A DNA stretch of 63,951 nucleotides, the filler included, from Craspedostauros australis (taxonomy: Eukaryota), in assembly GCA_030167865.1 (NCBI GenBank). It is 12 parts of 12 records of this genome, joined end to end, with 100 filler letters (N's around TTAATTAATTAA, not from the genome) between each part and the next. Parts side by side here need not be neighbours in the genome. Positions count along the whole stretch, not along the records: positions 29,045 to 51,151 come from JALAGF010003939.1; positions 51,252 to 53,002 come from JALAGF010003941.1; positions 53,103 to 58,052 come from JALAGF010003943.1; 9 more parts are not named here. The stretch is one strand, 5' to 3'. Positions 43,660 to 55,229 of the stretch are shown piece by piece. The notes below the pieces were generated by a model. That model was not told the origin of the DNA. It did no database searches and worked only from the letters and a program-made list of their open reading frames with translations. The position numbers were made by a program, and so were the translations under genes. The first letter of the stretch is position 1. The number at the start of each line of letters is the position of its first letter.

Positions 43660-45990
43660 ATGAAGGCCAACAACGGCAATAACGATGACCACATCATCAA
43701 AAACCGCAGCAACAACCACAGACGAGCAAAGCCGCCACGGAACAGTCCTGCGAAGTCACATGCATCGGCAGCAACGGCTCCGAAGCGACCCACCAACTCC
43801 GGCTTTTCGTTCCTATCCTTGAAAGAGGACGCACCGCAGAACAGCGTTGGCGTCAGCACCCACAACCACACCACCAACACCTTCACGCATCTGGACAGCG
43901 TCACCAACTCCAACAAACAGCGACGCCGCTGGAGACGCTTTTCGTTGCGCAAGCGTCGCACAAACGACATTGACAACAAGCAACAACAGCGCAACAAGCT
44001 GCTGCAGCTCGCCAAGAACACCAAGACGAACGCCATGAGATTGTTACGTCGGCGTTCCCACAAGGAGTCGGAGTCTTCCACGGCCGCGTTTGGCAGCATC
44101 CATCGGTATCGTCGTCAACGTGCTGCTGCTGTGGACAAAGATGACAACCATGTCAACGAGACACCACCAACAGAGATTGCGCTGGTCCCAAACGAACTCA
44201 TCCCCGAACCCCCGATTCCCAATAGCCCCACGGGCGTCATGGAGTTTGCGCAACCAATGACGGACATCGACGATGATGACCAAGAAGGCGACGTCAAGGG
44301 ACTTTCGCGCCCCGCCGTTGCGACTGGCAATGCAGAAGAAGGCAAGGCCAAACGCGGAAGCAGCGGGTTGCTCAACGCCATCACCACCATCGCCAGACGC
44401 AATAGTGCCAACAGCAACAACAACAACAACAACAACAATGGTGATAGCAACAACATTGGCGACACCAAGGCCAAAGGCAATAGCAATAGCAATGGGAACA
44501 ACAATGATGGCAACGATCAGCAGGATGAAGACGAGGCCAATGACTCGGTCGCCTCTCGCAGTGTCATCCCCATGCGATCAAGATCGCTCATGCTGTCTCC
44601 CGCTGTCATGAATGATACAATGCTGGCCAGCGGTGCTGTGGGGGATGATGACGACAACGAGAGCAATGACAATGCCATACTACGCATCTCATTCTCCACA
44701 GCTCCCACCACCCCCATCAACAATGACAACAACTCTGCATTGCCATCACCTGCAACGCAATCGCTGTCTCCAAACGGCGTCGCCACCAACTCCGTCACGT
44801 TCGTTGGCATGATCATCAACGCGATGGGTCAGACGATCCACGTCTTCTGGATGATCATCGAGACCGTTCTCCTCCTGCGCCTCTTTCGACGCATCTTCCG
44901 CAAGATCCTCAGGTTGCCACGCAAGATCGTGGCGTCCGCGACGTTCCGCACCAGGCTCATCTTCGGCACGAAACGCAAGTTGCCAGTCTACAATTTCAAA
45001 CGCACCAAGGCCGAAGACGCGACCATTGCCTACTGGACCAGCATGGTGGCGACGCGAACCACCACGTACGGCGAGAACCACCCCCGAACAGCGCAAGCCT
45101 ACTTCGATCAAGGCCAGTGCTTCATGAAGGTTCACGATTACAAGGCCGCGCTGCGTGCCTTCCTCTCGGCGCGTTTCGTGTGGCAGCAACACGACGGCCC
45201 GCACTCGCTGCGCGTGGCAAAGGCCCTCGATGCGTCGGGTCAGGCCATGGTCAAGGACGTGCGCTTCCTCATCAGCCAGTTCGATCAGGATCGGTACGGC
45301 TACGCGCATGAGTGGCATTCCGAGATGCTGGAGCATGCCCAGGATATGCTCGAAGAAGCCTATCGCATTCAGCGTGAGATTTACAACGAGACCAAGCCTG
45401 TGCAGCGGCTTGTTCCAGCGCGGACGTCGCTGACGGCCGACGACAAACCAACCAAGCTGAAGCGGTCGCGTTCCAGGCACAAATTCCAAAAACTGGCCTC
45501 CAAGCTCACCGTGTCCATACCATCGTCGAAGGGATCGGCGCAGACCGCCACGACGGAACCCACTAGTGCGAGTGGCAAGTCCGCAACGACCGCGGGCCCA
45601 ACTTCAGCACCCAGCACACCTGCCTTGCTTCTTTCCGATCCAGTGCCCCTTACCCGCTCGCCGGACCACGTCGACTGCCTCGAAACCTACAACAAACTCG
45701 CCAGCGTCAAGCTGTACCTCGAAGAGTACGAACTGGCGAGCCTCATGTTCAAGCGCGTCATGCTGCAACGCCACGACTGGTTCGGACGACAGCATCCCTC
45801 CGTCGCCATCGCGGCGCAGTGCATCGCCAATGCTTACGTACAGTGCGGCGATCATGGCCGTGCCATCAAGTACTTCAATCATGCGCTTCACATTTATCAG
45901 CACATGCGCATGAAGCCGAGCCCCAATCTGATTCGGCGTTTGTTGCGTTCGCGCGAGAATGCATCGAAGCGCAACGCGCCCGTTGGTTGA
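43660..45990 (+). CDS. TPR-containing protein (kinesin-light-chain-type repeats)
   Basis: GENHPRTAQAYFDQG, GPHSLRVAKALD, PDHVDCLETYNKLA and GRQHPSVAIAAQCIA repeats after an Asn-rich N-terminus. Confidence 0.85.
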   Translation: MKANNGNNDDHIIKNRSNNHRRAKPPRNSPAKSHASAATAPKRPTNSGFSFLSLKEDAPQNSVGVSTHNHTTNTFTHLDSVTNSNKQRRRWRRFSLRKRRTNDIDNKQQQRNKLLQLAKNTKTNAMRLLRRRSHKESESSTAAFGSIHRYRRQRAAAVDKDDNHVNETPPTEIALVPNELIPEPPIPNSPTGVMEFAQPMTDIDDDDQEGDVKGLSRPAVATGNAEEGKAKRGSSGLLNAITTIARRNSANSNNNNNNNNGDSNNIGDTKAKGNSNSNGNNNDGNDQQDEDEANDSVASRSVIPMRSRSLMLSPAVMNDTMLASGAVGDDDDNESNDNAILRISFSTAPTTPINNDNNSALPSPATQSLSPNGVATNSVTFVGMIINAMGQTIHVFWMIIETVLLLRLFRRIFRKILRLPRKIVASATFRTRLIFGTKRKLPVYNFKRTKAEDATIAYWTSMVATRTTTYGENHPRTAQAYFDQGQCFMKVHDYKAALRAFLSARFVWQQHDGPHSLRVAKALDASGQAMVKDVRFLISQFDQDRYGYAHEWHSEMLEHAQDMLEEAYRIQREIYNETKPVQRLVPARTSLTADDKPTKLKRSRSRHKFQKLASKLTVSIPSSKGSAQTATTEPTSASGKSATTAGPTSAPSTPALLLSDPVPLTRSPDHVDCLETYNKLASVKLYLEEYELASLMFKRVMLQRHDWFGRQHPSVAIAAQCIANAYVQCGDHGRAIKYFNHALHIYQHMRMKPSPNLIRRLLRSRENASKRNAPVG

Positions 45991-46096
45991 GTTGAGTTGA
46001 ACGCAATTCGTTCATGATTCACAAAACAAAGCAAAGCAAGGCTCTCAGTTAAGATATGATAGCTATTGTTCAGTTAACTCGTTTCCATTCAGTACT

Positions 46097-47107
46097 TTAA
46101 TGGCCATACGCCGCGGCCTTTTCGAGATCGGCACCCGTCTTGAGCTGATCCTCCGGCACGCAGAACTTCTTCATCTGGCTCATGTCGAACTCCGACATGT
46201 ACAGCTTGTGTCCCCACAGGCCTTCGCCCCAATCCGACAGCTGACACAGATGCTGGTACCCGAAGCTCTCGAGACGCTCCTTGAGCCCCTCCTTGATGCG
46301 CTCGACCGTGAGCAGCTTGATCGTGTAGGTCTCCAATGGAAAGCTCGCCATGATGTACTCCTCCGCGCCTTCCACGTCGAGACTCATGTAATCGATGATG
46401 TGCGGCACGTCGTACCGCTCGAAGATCTCCAGCAGCGTCATCGTGTACTCCTGCTTCGGCAGATTCTGCTTCTTCCTGCGCTTGTTGTCGAACTCCTTGC
46501 GCACGATGCCGCCGAACTCGCCCTTGTAGACAAAGTCGATGGGTTCCATGCGCTGCGTGCCCACGACGGCCGCCACGACGTGGCAGTGCGGGCGGAAGTG
46601 GCCCAATCCGTACCAGTACTCGGGGTTGGGTTCGATGCAGAGGCCATGCCAGCCGTGGTACTTTTCCAGGGCCAGCGAGTTGCTGTGGTGGATGGCGTCG
46701 TTGGCGGCGAGATCGACGAAGAAGCCGTTCTGCTTGTGCTTGAGCAACGACAGGATGGTCTCATCCTGATGCACCTGCGAGAACCACTGCGCGGATTCCT
46801 GCAGCTTTTCGGTGGAGCCGTAGAAGATGTCGATGCTGTGCCAGCCGTCCTCTTCGGTGCCCGTGCGCGGTCGGTTGGCCTCGTTGCGCTCGTCCTGGTG
46901 GATCTGTTTCTGGGCGCGTTGCAGTCGATGCAGTTCCTCGATGGCGTTCGCGTCGAAGATGGTCTCGTCCTTGGCGAAGTAGTATCCCAGCAAGGCGCCC
47001 ACCAGCACCGACAGCAGCGTGTGCACGGAGACCACGGACGCACGCGATGATGACTGTCCGCTCTGGCGCAAAGAGAATGGGTTGCCGCGGCCTGTTTTGC
47101 GCGCCAT
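46097..47107 (-). CDS. FkbM-family methyltransferase, type II membrane protein
   Basis: SQVHQD, GFFVDLAAND..SNS, WHGLCIEPNP and IDYMSLDVEGAE motifs, with an N-terminal TM helix. Confidence 0.92.
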   Translation of the reverse strand: MARKTGRGNPFSLRQSGQSSSRASVVSVHTLLSVLVGALLGYYFAKDETIFDANAIEELHRLQRAQKQIHQDERNEANRPRTGTEEDGWHSIDIFYGSTEKLQESAQWFSQVHQDETILSLLKHKQNGFFVDLAANDAIHHSNSLALEKYHGWHGLCIEPNPEYWYGLGHFRPHCHVVAAVVGTQRMEPIDFVYKGEFGGIVRKEFDNKRRKKQNLPKQEYTMTLLEIFERYDVPHIIDYMSLDVEGAEEYIMASFPLETYTIKLLTVERIKEGLKERLESFGYQHLCQLSDWGEGLWGHKLYMSEFDMSQMKKFCVPEDQLKTGADLEKAAAYGH

Positions 47108-48180
47108 CGTGTGTGTGCGCTGCTAGGGATGACTGTGTGTGTTGTCCTGATGGATGTCGGGGACCTTTACTCAAGATGTTTGTGCCCAATGAAGAACTCC
47201 CCTGTTTGCATTCTTTTGCGACAACCATTCTCGCAGAAGAGTTGACAGTTGAACTGCTTGAAGCGTTGGAGGAGACTGGTTTTGGTCATTTGTGACGCAA
47301 ATTGGGTTTTGGAGGGTTGCGGTTTTATTATTGAAATGGATGTAGTTTCCATTGTGTCAATGGATTGGGAGTAGCGGTAGGTTATTTCTACGCACAGTTT
47401 GACTTCGCCTCACATTTCAGCGTGTTTGTGGTGAGATGTGATGGTGGTGGTTGTCCGTCCTCGACACTGGAGTCCTCACACCCACGCTCAGCTCCCAACA
47501 AGGCACGTTCCCAAAGGAGCAAGGTGTGGACTGTTTGTGGAAGAGAAGCGAGTGAGAGAGAAGCACGATAAGTGCATAATTGCTGTTGCTGTCTCGGTTC
47601 CCATGACACATGCGACGAGGAGCGATCAAGAATGAACATCAGAAATCAGACATGAGCCTCCTTGAAAGGAGGAGCGTGGGTGCGCGGGTGCACTAATGGG
47701 CGACTTTGTCTGCTCTTTAGCTCTCCCCTTGTGCCTCTTCATCCCACTCAGGGGTCACGTATAGTACAATGGTGGCTCCGCCATGCAAAGGTTTCGAACT
47801 TCGGGAGGGGGGAGGACGACCAATGCTGCAGTGGTCGTTCCGCCTTTTCTGGAAATGTAATAGTAGTGTGCCTGGCATGTGACCTTCCTCGCCCATCGAA
47901 TGTCATGCCGCGAACGAGAGTCATGAGCAAAGTTGTATTCGTGTAGTCATGGCGATGCAGTTCGATCAGAACTCTCGGTCAGAGATGGACACATAGAGAA
48001 GTAGCCTTGTGTTCTCGATTGCGCTGATCCCTTGTACGGATCTCAAGTTGATGCGATCATAAAGACAGCACTCCGGATCGTACGAGCATGGCTGGTCCAT
48101 CAACAACAAGCGAAAGCCATCCACAGTACCATCTGCAACACACCACGATTTCACATCGCGATTTCACACCGCTCCACGCA

Positions 48181-49060
48181 TTATGATATCCTCGGAACAG
48201 CAGCATCCAGAAAGATCTTCTTCGCAACGCCCATCTTGTCCACGATGAAGAAGAAAACATCCCGGGACTTGGCCAACGGCCCCGACAAGGCCTCCAGGTA
48301 TGCCAGAAGACCACCGTCGTGGTGGCCGTGGTGGTGGACCGTTGCTTGTCCTTGTATTCTATCTGCAGGATGTCTTCAAGGCTGTTCCCGCCATTGGCTT
48401 ATTCATCGCACTGCACATTGTATTGCCAAATGGCATTGGTCAGACAGCAGGCGTCTTGGATGGCCTGATTGGTGCCCTGTCCCAGGAACGGTGGCATGGC
48501 GTGCGCCGCATCACCGCAGACAGTCAGGATGGCGGCCTTGTCTGCGCCGGTGCTTCCATTGCGGTTGGGATTGCGATTTCCGTTGATGGCCCTCATTGCC
48601 TTGGTCCATCGCGCAAAGGGTTTGTGGAAGTAGATCCCCAACTCGAAGAAAGAATCGGCATTGTCCATGAGTTGATTGATGATAGGCCTTGTGATGTGCT
48701 TGGCGATCTTGGCATCATCGATCTACTGTCGCATCTGTTGCTGGATGCGTTTGGCCTCGGATGATGCCTTCCAAGCGACGGTCTCGTCGTTGGTGTCGAT
48801 GGCGTCAGTTTTGCTGACTGTCTCGAAATTTGCGCCAAGGAGAGACCGGCGATGCCACCACCGATAACTGCGACCTTCCGTATTGGTTGGCGACTCTCAT
48901 TCCAACTCCCACTCCTATTGCTGCTGCTGCTGCGTTGGAGTGAAGATGACGGGGATGGTGATGACAGTGAGTTCGTTGCCACCAACATGCAAGCGATGCA
49001 AATGGCACCAATCGTCCTCTTTTGATGCATCGGCCAAGCCGTTGCTGTCATTTCTGTCAA
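48181..49060 (-). pseudogene. FAD-dependent monooxygenase pseudogene (internally deleted, frameshifted)
   Basis: KVAVIGGGIAGLSLA and CGDAAHAMPPFLGQGTNQAIQDA lie in different frames only ~330 bp apart. A C-terminal remnant VAKKIFLDAAVP follows. Confidence 0.8.
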
Positions 49061-50061
49061 TGCTGCTGTTGCAGTGATTCTTCTGGTTGTGGCTGTCTCT
49101 GTGGTTGGGCGATCAATGAGTGAGGAACCAAGTCAACCAGCCGACAGTGTTCGAAGTCTCTCTAGAAATAGAGAGAGAGGGAGAGACGGAGCATTGACAT
49201 GCTCTGTGAATAGTAGATACTTGATGGCAACGGTGATCATCATGTGAGTGTTGCAGTTGTGACGATCTGCATCAGTATTCTGCAGCGATGTCTGCAGCGC
49301 CACCACCATGGCCATCATCATCGCCACAGAGTTCGCAACGATTGGGTGAAGCGAGATGAGTCCTGGATACGTTTGTTGTCGATTGAAACACGAGTGGTGT
49401 CATGCTCATCACCACCATTGCCATGTTCCAACAAAACCCGAGAAACGACCCTGGCGCCCACCGAAGAAGTCATCGTGATGGATTCGTCGCATCGTGGATC
49501 TGCCCATTGCAGTCGTTCGATGACATCCAACTGCCGAAGCACATTGCATGCATTCGTATGGTCTCGCGGTTGACTCCCTCAAGACCATCACGGAGGGATG
49601 TGCCTTCTCAGATTACACAAACAATGGTATCACATGAAGAAGCATAACTGCACAGCGTGGCCAAGTCGGGCACAATCGAAAGTCGCATCGTGCGAGCGAG
49701 CGAGCGAGTTAGCCAGCTTCGGGTTGTGATGTACCTGTCCACGGTCGTACTATCATGCCATACCACACCACACCACACCACGCCATATGATACACCGTGG
49801 TGGAACTGCGCAAGTCCATGAAGGCGTGTTGACTGACGACACGTTGCTTCATGATCAATGCACAGGATCATGAAATGGAGGACAGCAAACTTGAGCAGAT
49901 GAGCTCATAATCGCCATGCAAGCGCAGCTGATTTAGGACTGCATACTCTACCTGCTCTATCAGCTCTACTTGCTCTACTCGTACGATTGTACCACCAACA
50001 ACAACAATCAACAACAATCACCAGCAGTAAACACAGCAACCACAGCGACATTAAGAAAAGG

Positions 50062-51151
50062 ATGAACCGTAACATGGATGCTGTTGCCAACACCAATACC
50101 AACACCAACCATGATCCGGACTTCAAGACTTTCTGGAAACAACTCCATGGCAAAGAGCTGCCACCGAAGACCGTGTTCACTCTGCACTACCCACCAGAAA
50201 AGCAGATCGACTGCTACAGTGTCACACCCAAGCGGATGGAATACTGGGACATGGCCATCGAAGCAGGATTCACTTTTCATGACTTGGAATCGATGGTGAA
50301 GCGGCGGCACGAGCACGTTGCTGTATCACCTTGTATTTTACTGAGCGGTTTGCCTGGCTTGTGCTGCAGGCTGATGCACATTCGATCCCTGAGTCTGGAT
50401 TATGGCACCATTGACCAATTCGGAGAAGAAGACAAGCAAGTGATTCGCTTCGTACTTCGATTGGTTGCCGAACACCCACTCAAGTCTTCATTCGACAAAG
50501 GCATCGAATTGCCTCAACGCTTCGTGGAGATGAAACAGCTCCACGATATCCCTCTTGTGACAAATTGTGTGCATTTGGATTCATGTGATCTTGTTGATTG
50601 CGACAAGCTCATGTTCAACATCTCCCAAAACCCGAAATACGTTCGGTTCGGTGACTGCAAGCTCGCCAATGGTGGCGCTGATTTGTGCAGATGGCTGTCT
50701 CCAAACAATTGCAGCGTCACCGGAGTATCCATTTTATTCACCCGTGTCACTTGTGATAGCTTGGCAAAGCTATTCCGGTCAAACAAGCGCATCAACAAGC
50801 TCAACATCAGTTTCTGTCGGCTCACCGACAGACAACGAATGTACTCGCGACAAGAAATCGATCAGATCATCCAACTCCTTTCAGATGCATCACACCTGAA
50901 GGAGCTTTGGGTTGCCAATGATTGTAAGGGGTTATCGCGACAAGAACGAGATACATGGGGCGACATTTTTATATCGCTACTGGGAAACAAGAGCTTGTCA
51001 TATTTCGGATACCGGCGCTATGGTGCTCCCAGCATGTTTGAGGTTCCGCCCCAGATCTCCTCGACACAAATGGAAGCACTTGAGCAAGCCATGGAGCAGA
51101 CTACCCAACTCACCTGTCTCCGCATTTCTCCAAGCCTGCCCAACAAACATG
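50062..51151 (+). CDS. RNI-like leucine-rich repeat protein, 3'-partial
   Basis: Repeats of the type NKRINKLNISFC, HLKELWV, NKSLSYF and QLTCLRIS. Confidence 0.65.
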
Positions 51152-51251
51152 NNNNNNNNNNNNNNNNNNNNNNNNNNNNNNNNNNNNNNNNNNNNTTAAT
51201 TAATTAANNNNNNNNNNNNNNNNNNNNNNNNNNNNNNNNNNNNNNNNNNNN

Positions 51252-52873
51252 GTGATCTTCGTGCAAATCATGATGTTGCGCTTGGTATCGTACGCGGTGT
51301 GATAGCTGGGTGACAGCCAGCTGACATCGACCTCGTCAAATCCACATTCGATGAACCATTCCGTCGTCTGCGTGCTGAGAACGAAGACGCAGGACGCCCC
51401 CTTCTGCAGACACAGACATTCCATGTAGCCAAGCATGGCATCACCAAGTCCTTGCGCGCATTAGCTGCGATCCACGACGAGGCACGCGATCTTAGCGAAC
51501 CTGTTCTCCAACATCTTGAGCTGCCCAAACACCACGACGAGGTCATTGCGCGTGTAGACGTGGTATGAGGATAACATTTTTCTAACATGGCCTTTGGCCG
51601 ATCCACTAGCGTTCCCATCTGGATGAGCGGTGTGATGAGCTCATGGATGGCACTGATGTCCTCGATCTTGGCCTGGCGGATATTGTTGTAGAGTTCGCGA
51701 GAGAGCATGGTGCCGCTGCTGTCTTGTGTGCACAGCTCCTGCAGCAACGCCCCATGCCGTGGTGAGATGATGTGCGCACGTCAGACGCCCTGCTCAAGTG
51801 CATACATTGCCCAGCCGATCTTGATGAGCTTGTTGCGCTTGGCGCTTTCCTGGGGACAGCTCTCGCCTAAGGTGACGAGACCGCGCTTGTGGACGTCGAC
51901 AGTGCGGTGTCGCAGCAGGTTGTGGGCGTCCTTGACGCGCAGATGATGGATCTGCTTGCCATGGACATTGTGCCACAGCTGCACGTTGCCTTCTGTGAAG
52001 TAGATGATCTTGCTCGCATCCATGGCACCTGCGACCGAGCCTGCCAACTTTTGGAATTGGCATTGAAGACTTCATTGCTGGGGCTGATACCCCATGTTGT
52101 GAGCAGGACGATATCGCAGGAGTTGTGAACCAGGCAGATCTTCTCGATGTCGATGCGGCGCGCAAATCCTGTGGATATAGAATCGACACCATCAAGGATG
52201 TTCAATGGCTGCGCCGTGTTGATAGGATCCATTTGGTGGGGACTGCTGGTGCCGGTGCTGGTAATTGCCATTGCCATTCGATTGATATTCCGAATCGAAA
52301 TGCGCGGTCTGCTTCGACAATGGCATGTGCAAGTCGTTGGCATCCTGCATGCGCAATGATCGTGCCAGATGACGTTCGATCTTGTATCGGATATATCCCA
52401 CCACCTCCTTGACGACGCGCAACGCATCACGGTCTGTGACCGCCACGCCACGATGCCAATCCTGCCCCGCGATATGTTGCTGCAGCTGGTAACAGCATCC
52501 TGTGACGATGATGATCTTGAGGCTCAGCAACCATGACAACACGATGTCGTTCATGAGGTCCTGCAGGAAGTTGGCATCCTGACCCTCCATGAGATCGCCC
52601 AGATTGTGGAAGACAACCAGGGTGTTGCGATGGTTGGCGATGATGTTGACGGAACCGCGGAACGTGTCGGCGCAGGTCGATTCTCGGATGCTGTTGGCAT
52701 CCTCTCCCCTCTGAGAGTTCGCGGCCGTTCGCTGCGTCGAGATCCAGCTCGTCACAGTTGACGATATTGATGTCCTTTGGATCGATGGTGAGGAAGGATG
52801 TGTCTTCGCGTTTGGAATCGTCTGCGTCATTGTGGACATCAGCGATTGCGGCTTGTGCTGTTTCGTTCGTCAA
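51252..52873 (-). pseudogene. argA: N-acetylglutamate synthase (kinase-like + GNAT) pseudogene
   Basis: FRGSVNIIANHRNTLVVFH, LDGVD..TGFARRID, ELCTQDSSGTMLSRELYNNIRQA and VFVLSTQTTEWFIECGF are split over several frames with substitutions. Confidence 0.85.
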
Positions 52874-53801
52874 TGCGATTGGACTATGTTGGTTTCCGCT
52901 GTGACATCGGTCAACGAGGACTCATGTTGGCTGTCATGGCCTGGTGCATGTTGGTGTTGCCGCGCGCAGTCATCATCTTGTCTTGGGGAGGAAGAGTCAC
53001 ACNNNNNNNNNNNNNNNNNNNNNNNNNNNNNNNNNNNNNNNNNNNNTTAATTAATTAANNNNNNNNNNNNNNNNNNNNNNNNNNNNNNNNNNNNNNNNNN
53101 NNGTTGTCATCACATCAAGTGTGATGCGAGGAGCAGCAATGGAAGCATCGAGATGATCACGTGGCACTGTTGGCCATCGTGAGATACAGAGCTCGAGTAC
53201 TGGCTGTGATTCCTACTGCGATATGATCAAGGAGGTAAGGATGTAACCTACCAGCCATGAATTGGCGACAGCAATAAAAATAGCAACACAGGAAGTGTGT
53301 GCTTCGCTGAGAAGGGACAGCGCTGCAACAAGCTGGACGGAAGGTTCCGCTGCGCTTCATTCCCAGGCTCAAGACGAAAGACGAGGAACAGGAGATGTCC
53401 TCGCCATCAATGAAGATGATGATCCAAGAACATCCACGCAGCTATGAGCCTCATCTACGATCGCCACCGTATCCAAAACGGTTATAAGTGCGCACGAGAC
53501 AACAGTAGTAAGAGCGAGATGATGCTGACTACGGATCGATCGGTTCGGGAGTAACAGTCCTAACCGCGATGTCCACGACAGTGAGATGACGGATCAACGC
53601 TTGCCAACAACGAAAGGCAAAAGCAAGAATAGCGGTGATGCCAAGAGGCAGAGCAACCGCGATGACAAACAAAGACCGAGTCGACCAATGTCGCGATTGA
53701 CGGGATGGATGGGACGGATGACACGAGTCTCATCGCAAGAGACGAGCCGATGTGCGTGATCATCAACGAAGACGTGGTCGGCACCAAAATGTGACCGAGG
53801 C

Positions 53802-53975
53802 GAAATTTGTGACCATCACCGACATCGCGAACAGCAAATCAAAAATGTGACCATTGGAAACCACGCGATGATGCGCGATGACCAACGTGAAATTAGTGGC
53901 CATCACCGAAATCGCGAACAACAAACAACAATGTGACCACAGGAAACCACGCGATGATGTGCGACGACCACGCGA
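53802..53975. repeat. ~87-bp tandem duplication
   Basis: GAAATT.GTG.CCATCACCGA.ATCGCGAACA...AATGTGACCA..GGAAACCACGCGATGATG.GCGA.GACCA occurs twice. Confidence 0.8.
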
Positions 53976-55229
53976 TCTTGATCAACGTTGCTCTCGCAAC
54001 AATCGACAACGACGGCGTCTCCTAGTTCAACAGCAGAACACCAGTCAACGACTACGAGTGGACCAGGGAGGAGACAGCCGAGTGCACTTCGGGAGTGCAT
54101 GGCTACTACGGATCTACGATCGACCACGAAGAGTTGATCAACCGAGAACTCTCTCCATCCAAGAATAAAGAGAAAGGCGGCCGCACTCACGACAACGAGG
54201 AGGATGCCAAGTACTATGAAGGCGTATCAAGTGAAGTGGGCGCAGACGAGATTGAAACGGAAATGAATGGAATGGACGTGGACGAGGAGACTGACCGGGC
54301 CACCCAAGAGCCGGTATGTTATCTCACTCTAATTCGGAGCTTCCTCGACAGGAAGATCGAAGACGCGTCGCCTTGCAACATGAATAATGCATATGGCGTC
54401 CGTCGCTCTAAGCGTGGACCATCGAATGCATGGTGCATGGACTACCCAGAGACCCCATTCTCTATTCAGATTCCGGACGGCCCAAGAGGAGCGATCCCAC
54501 GGACCGAAGCGGAAAGGGAGGAGTGCAGAGGACTGCTCATGAACGCAGATCCGATCTGCCTCTCGGTTCGATATCCGTTGAGCAACATGATGTTTGCCAA
54601 CGATGTGCAGTTCGAGTCTTCGACGATCTACTATGATGCGATCGATGACTTCGAAAGTTGACCGTGCAGGTGCGTGTACACACGCGCATTGCACTAGATG
54701 ATGCATGAGATTGGCGCGCGGAGCACACTCGATGTGGCTCGCAACGCGTACGCAATCAACGATATGCTGGAAAACACTAGCGCCACCCTGATCCAACAGA
54801 TGTTGCTTGGATACATGGGTCGCACGCAAGCGGTATGCACCGCATGATGAATCTGGCAACGACCAGAATCCTAATCATGAGAGACATGACATGGATGGAT
54901 CAGTCAATGGGCGATTCGAGAGTATTAAGAACGCCAACAGGTCAGTACTGATAGACCTGGGAAATGACAACTCTACATTGGGGACGGTTTCCCCAAATAG
55001 ATGAGTGACTTGGGAGCGACGAACGGATACCATCCAAAGCATGGAGACCGACGACGCTGATCAGAGCAGAAGAGCCGGAGACGATATAGATACAGAAGAC
55101 GCTGCTCGCGGGCAAGATGGCTTGCTCCCTACCCAAGGGGACAATGAATTGTACGATGACGACGACGATGAATCCGGAAGGGACGATGAGATGGGACGAG
55201 ACGATATGGTCGAAGGTGAACCAAACACG

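Noticed and set aside
37489..47050. Long antisense ORFs (37489-38676, 39925-40983, 41838-42710, 46100-47050)
   Set aside because: They are the expected mirror frames of high-GC3 genes on the opposite strand.
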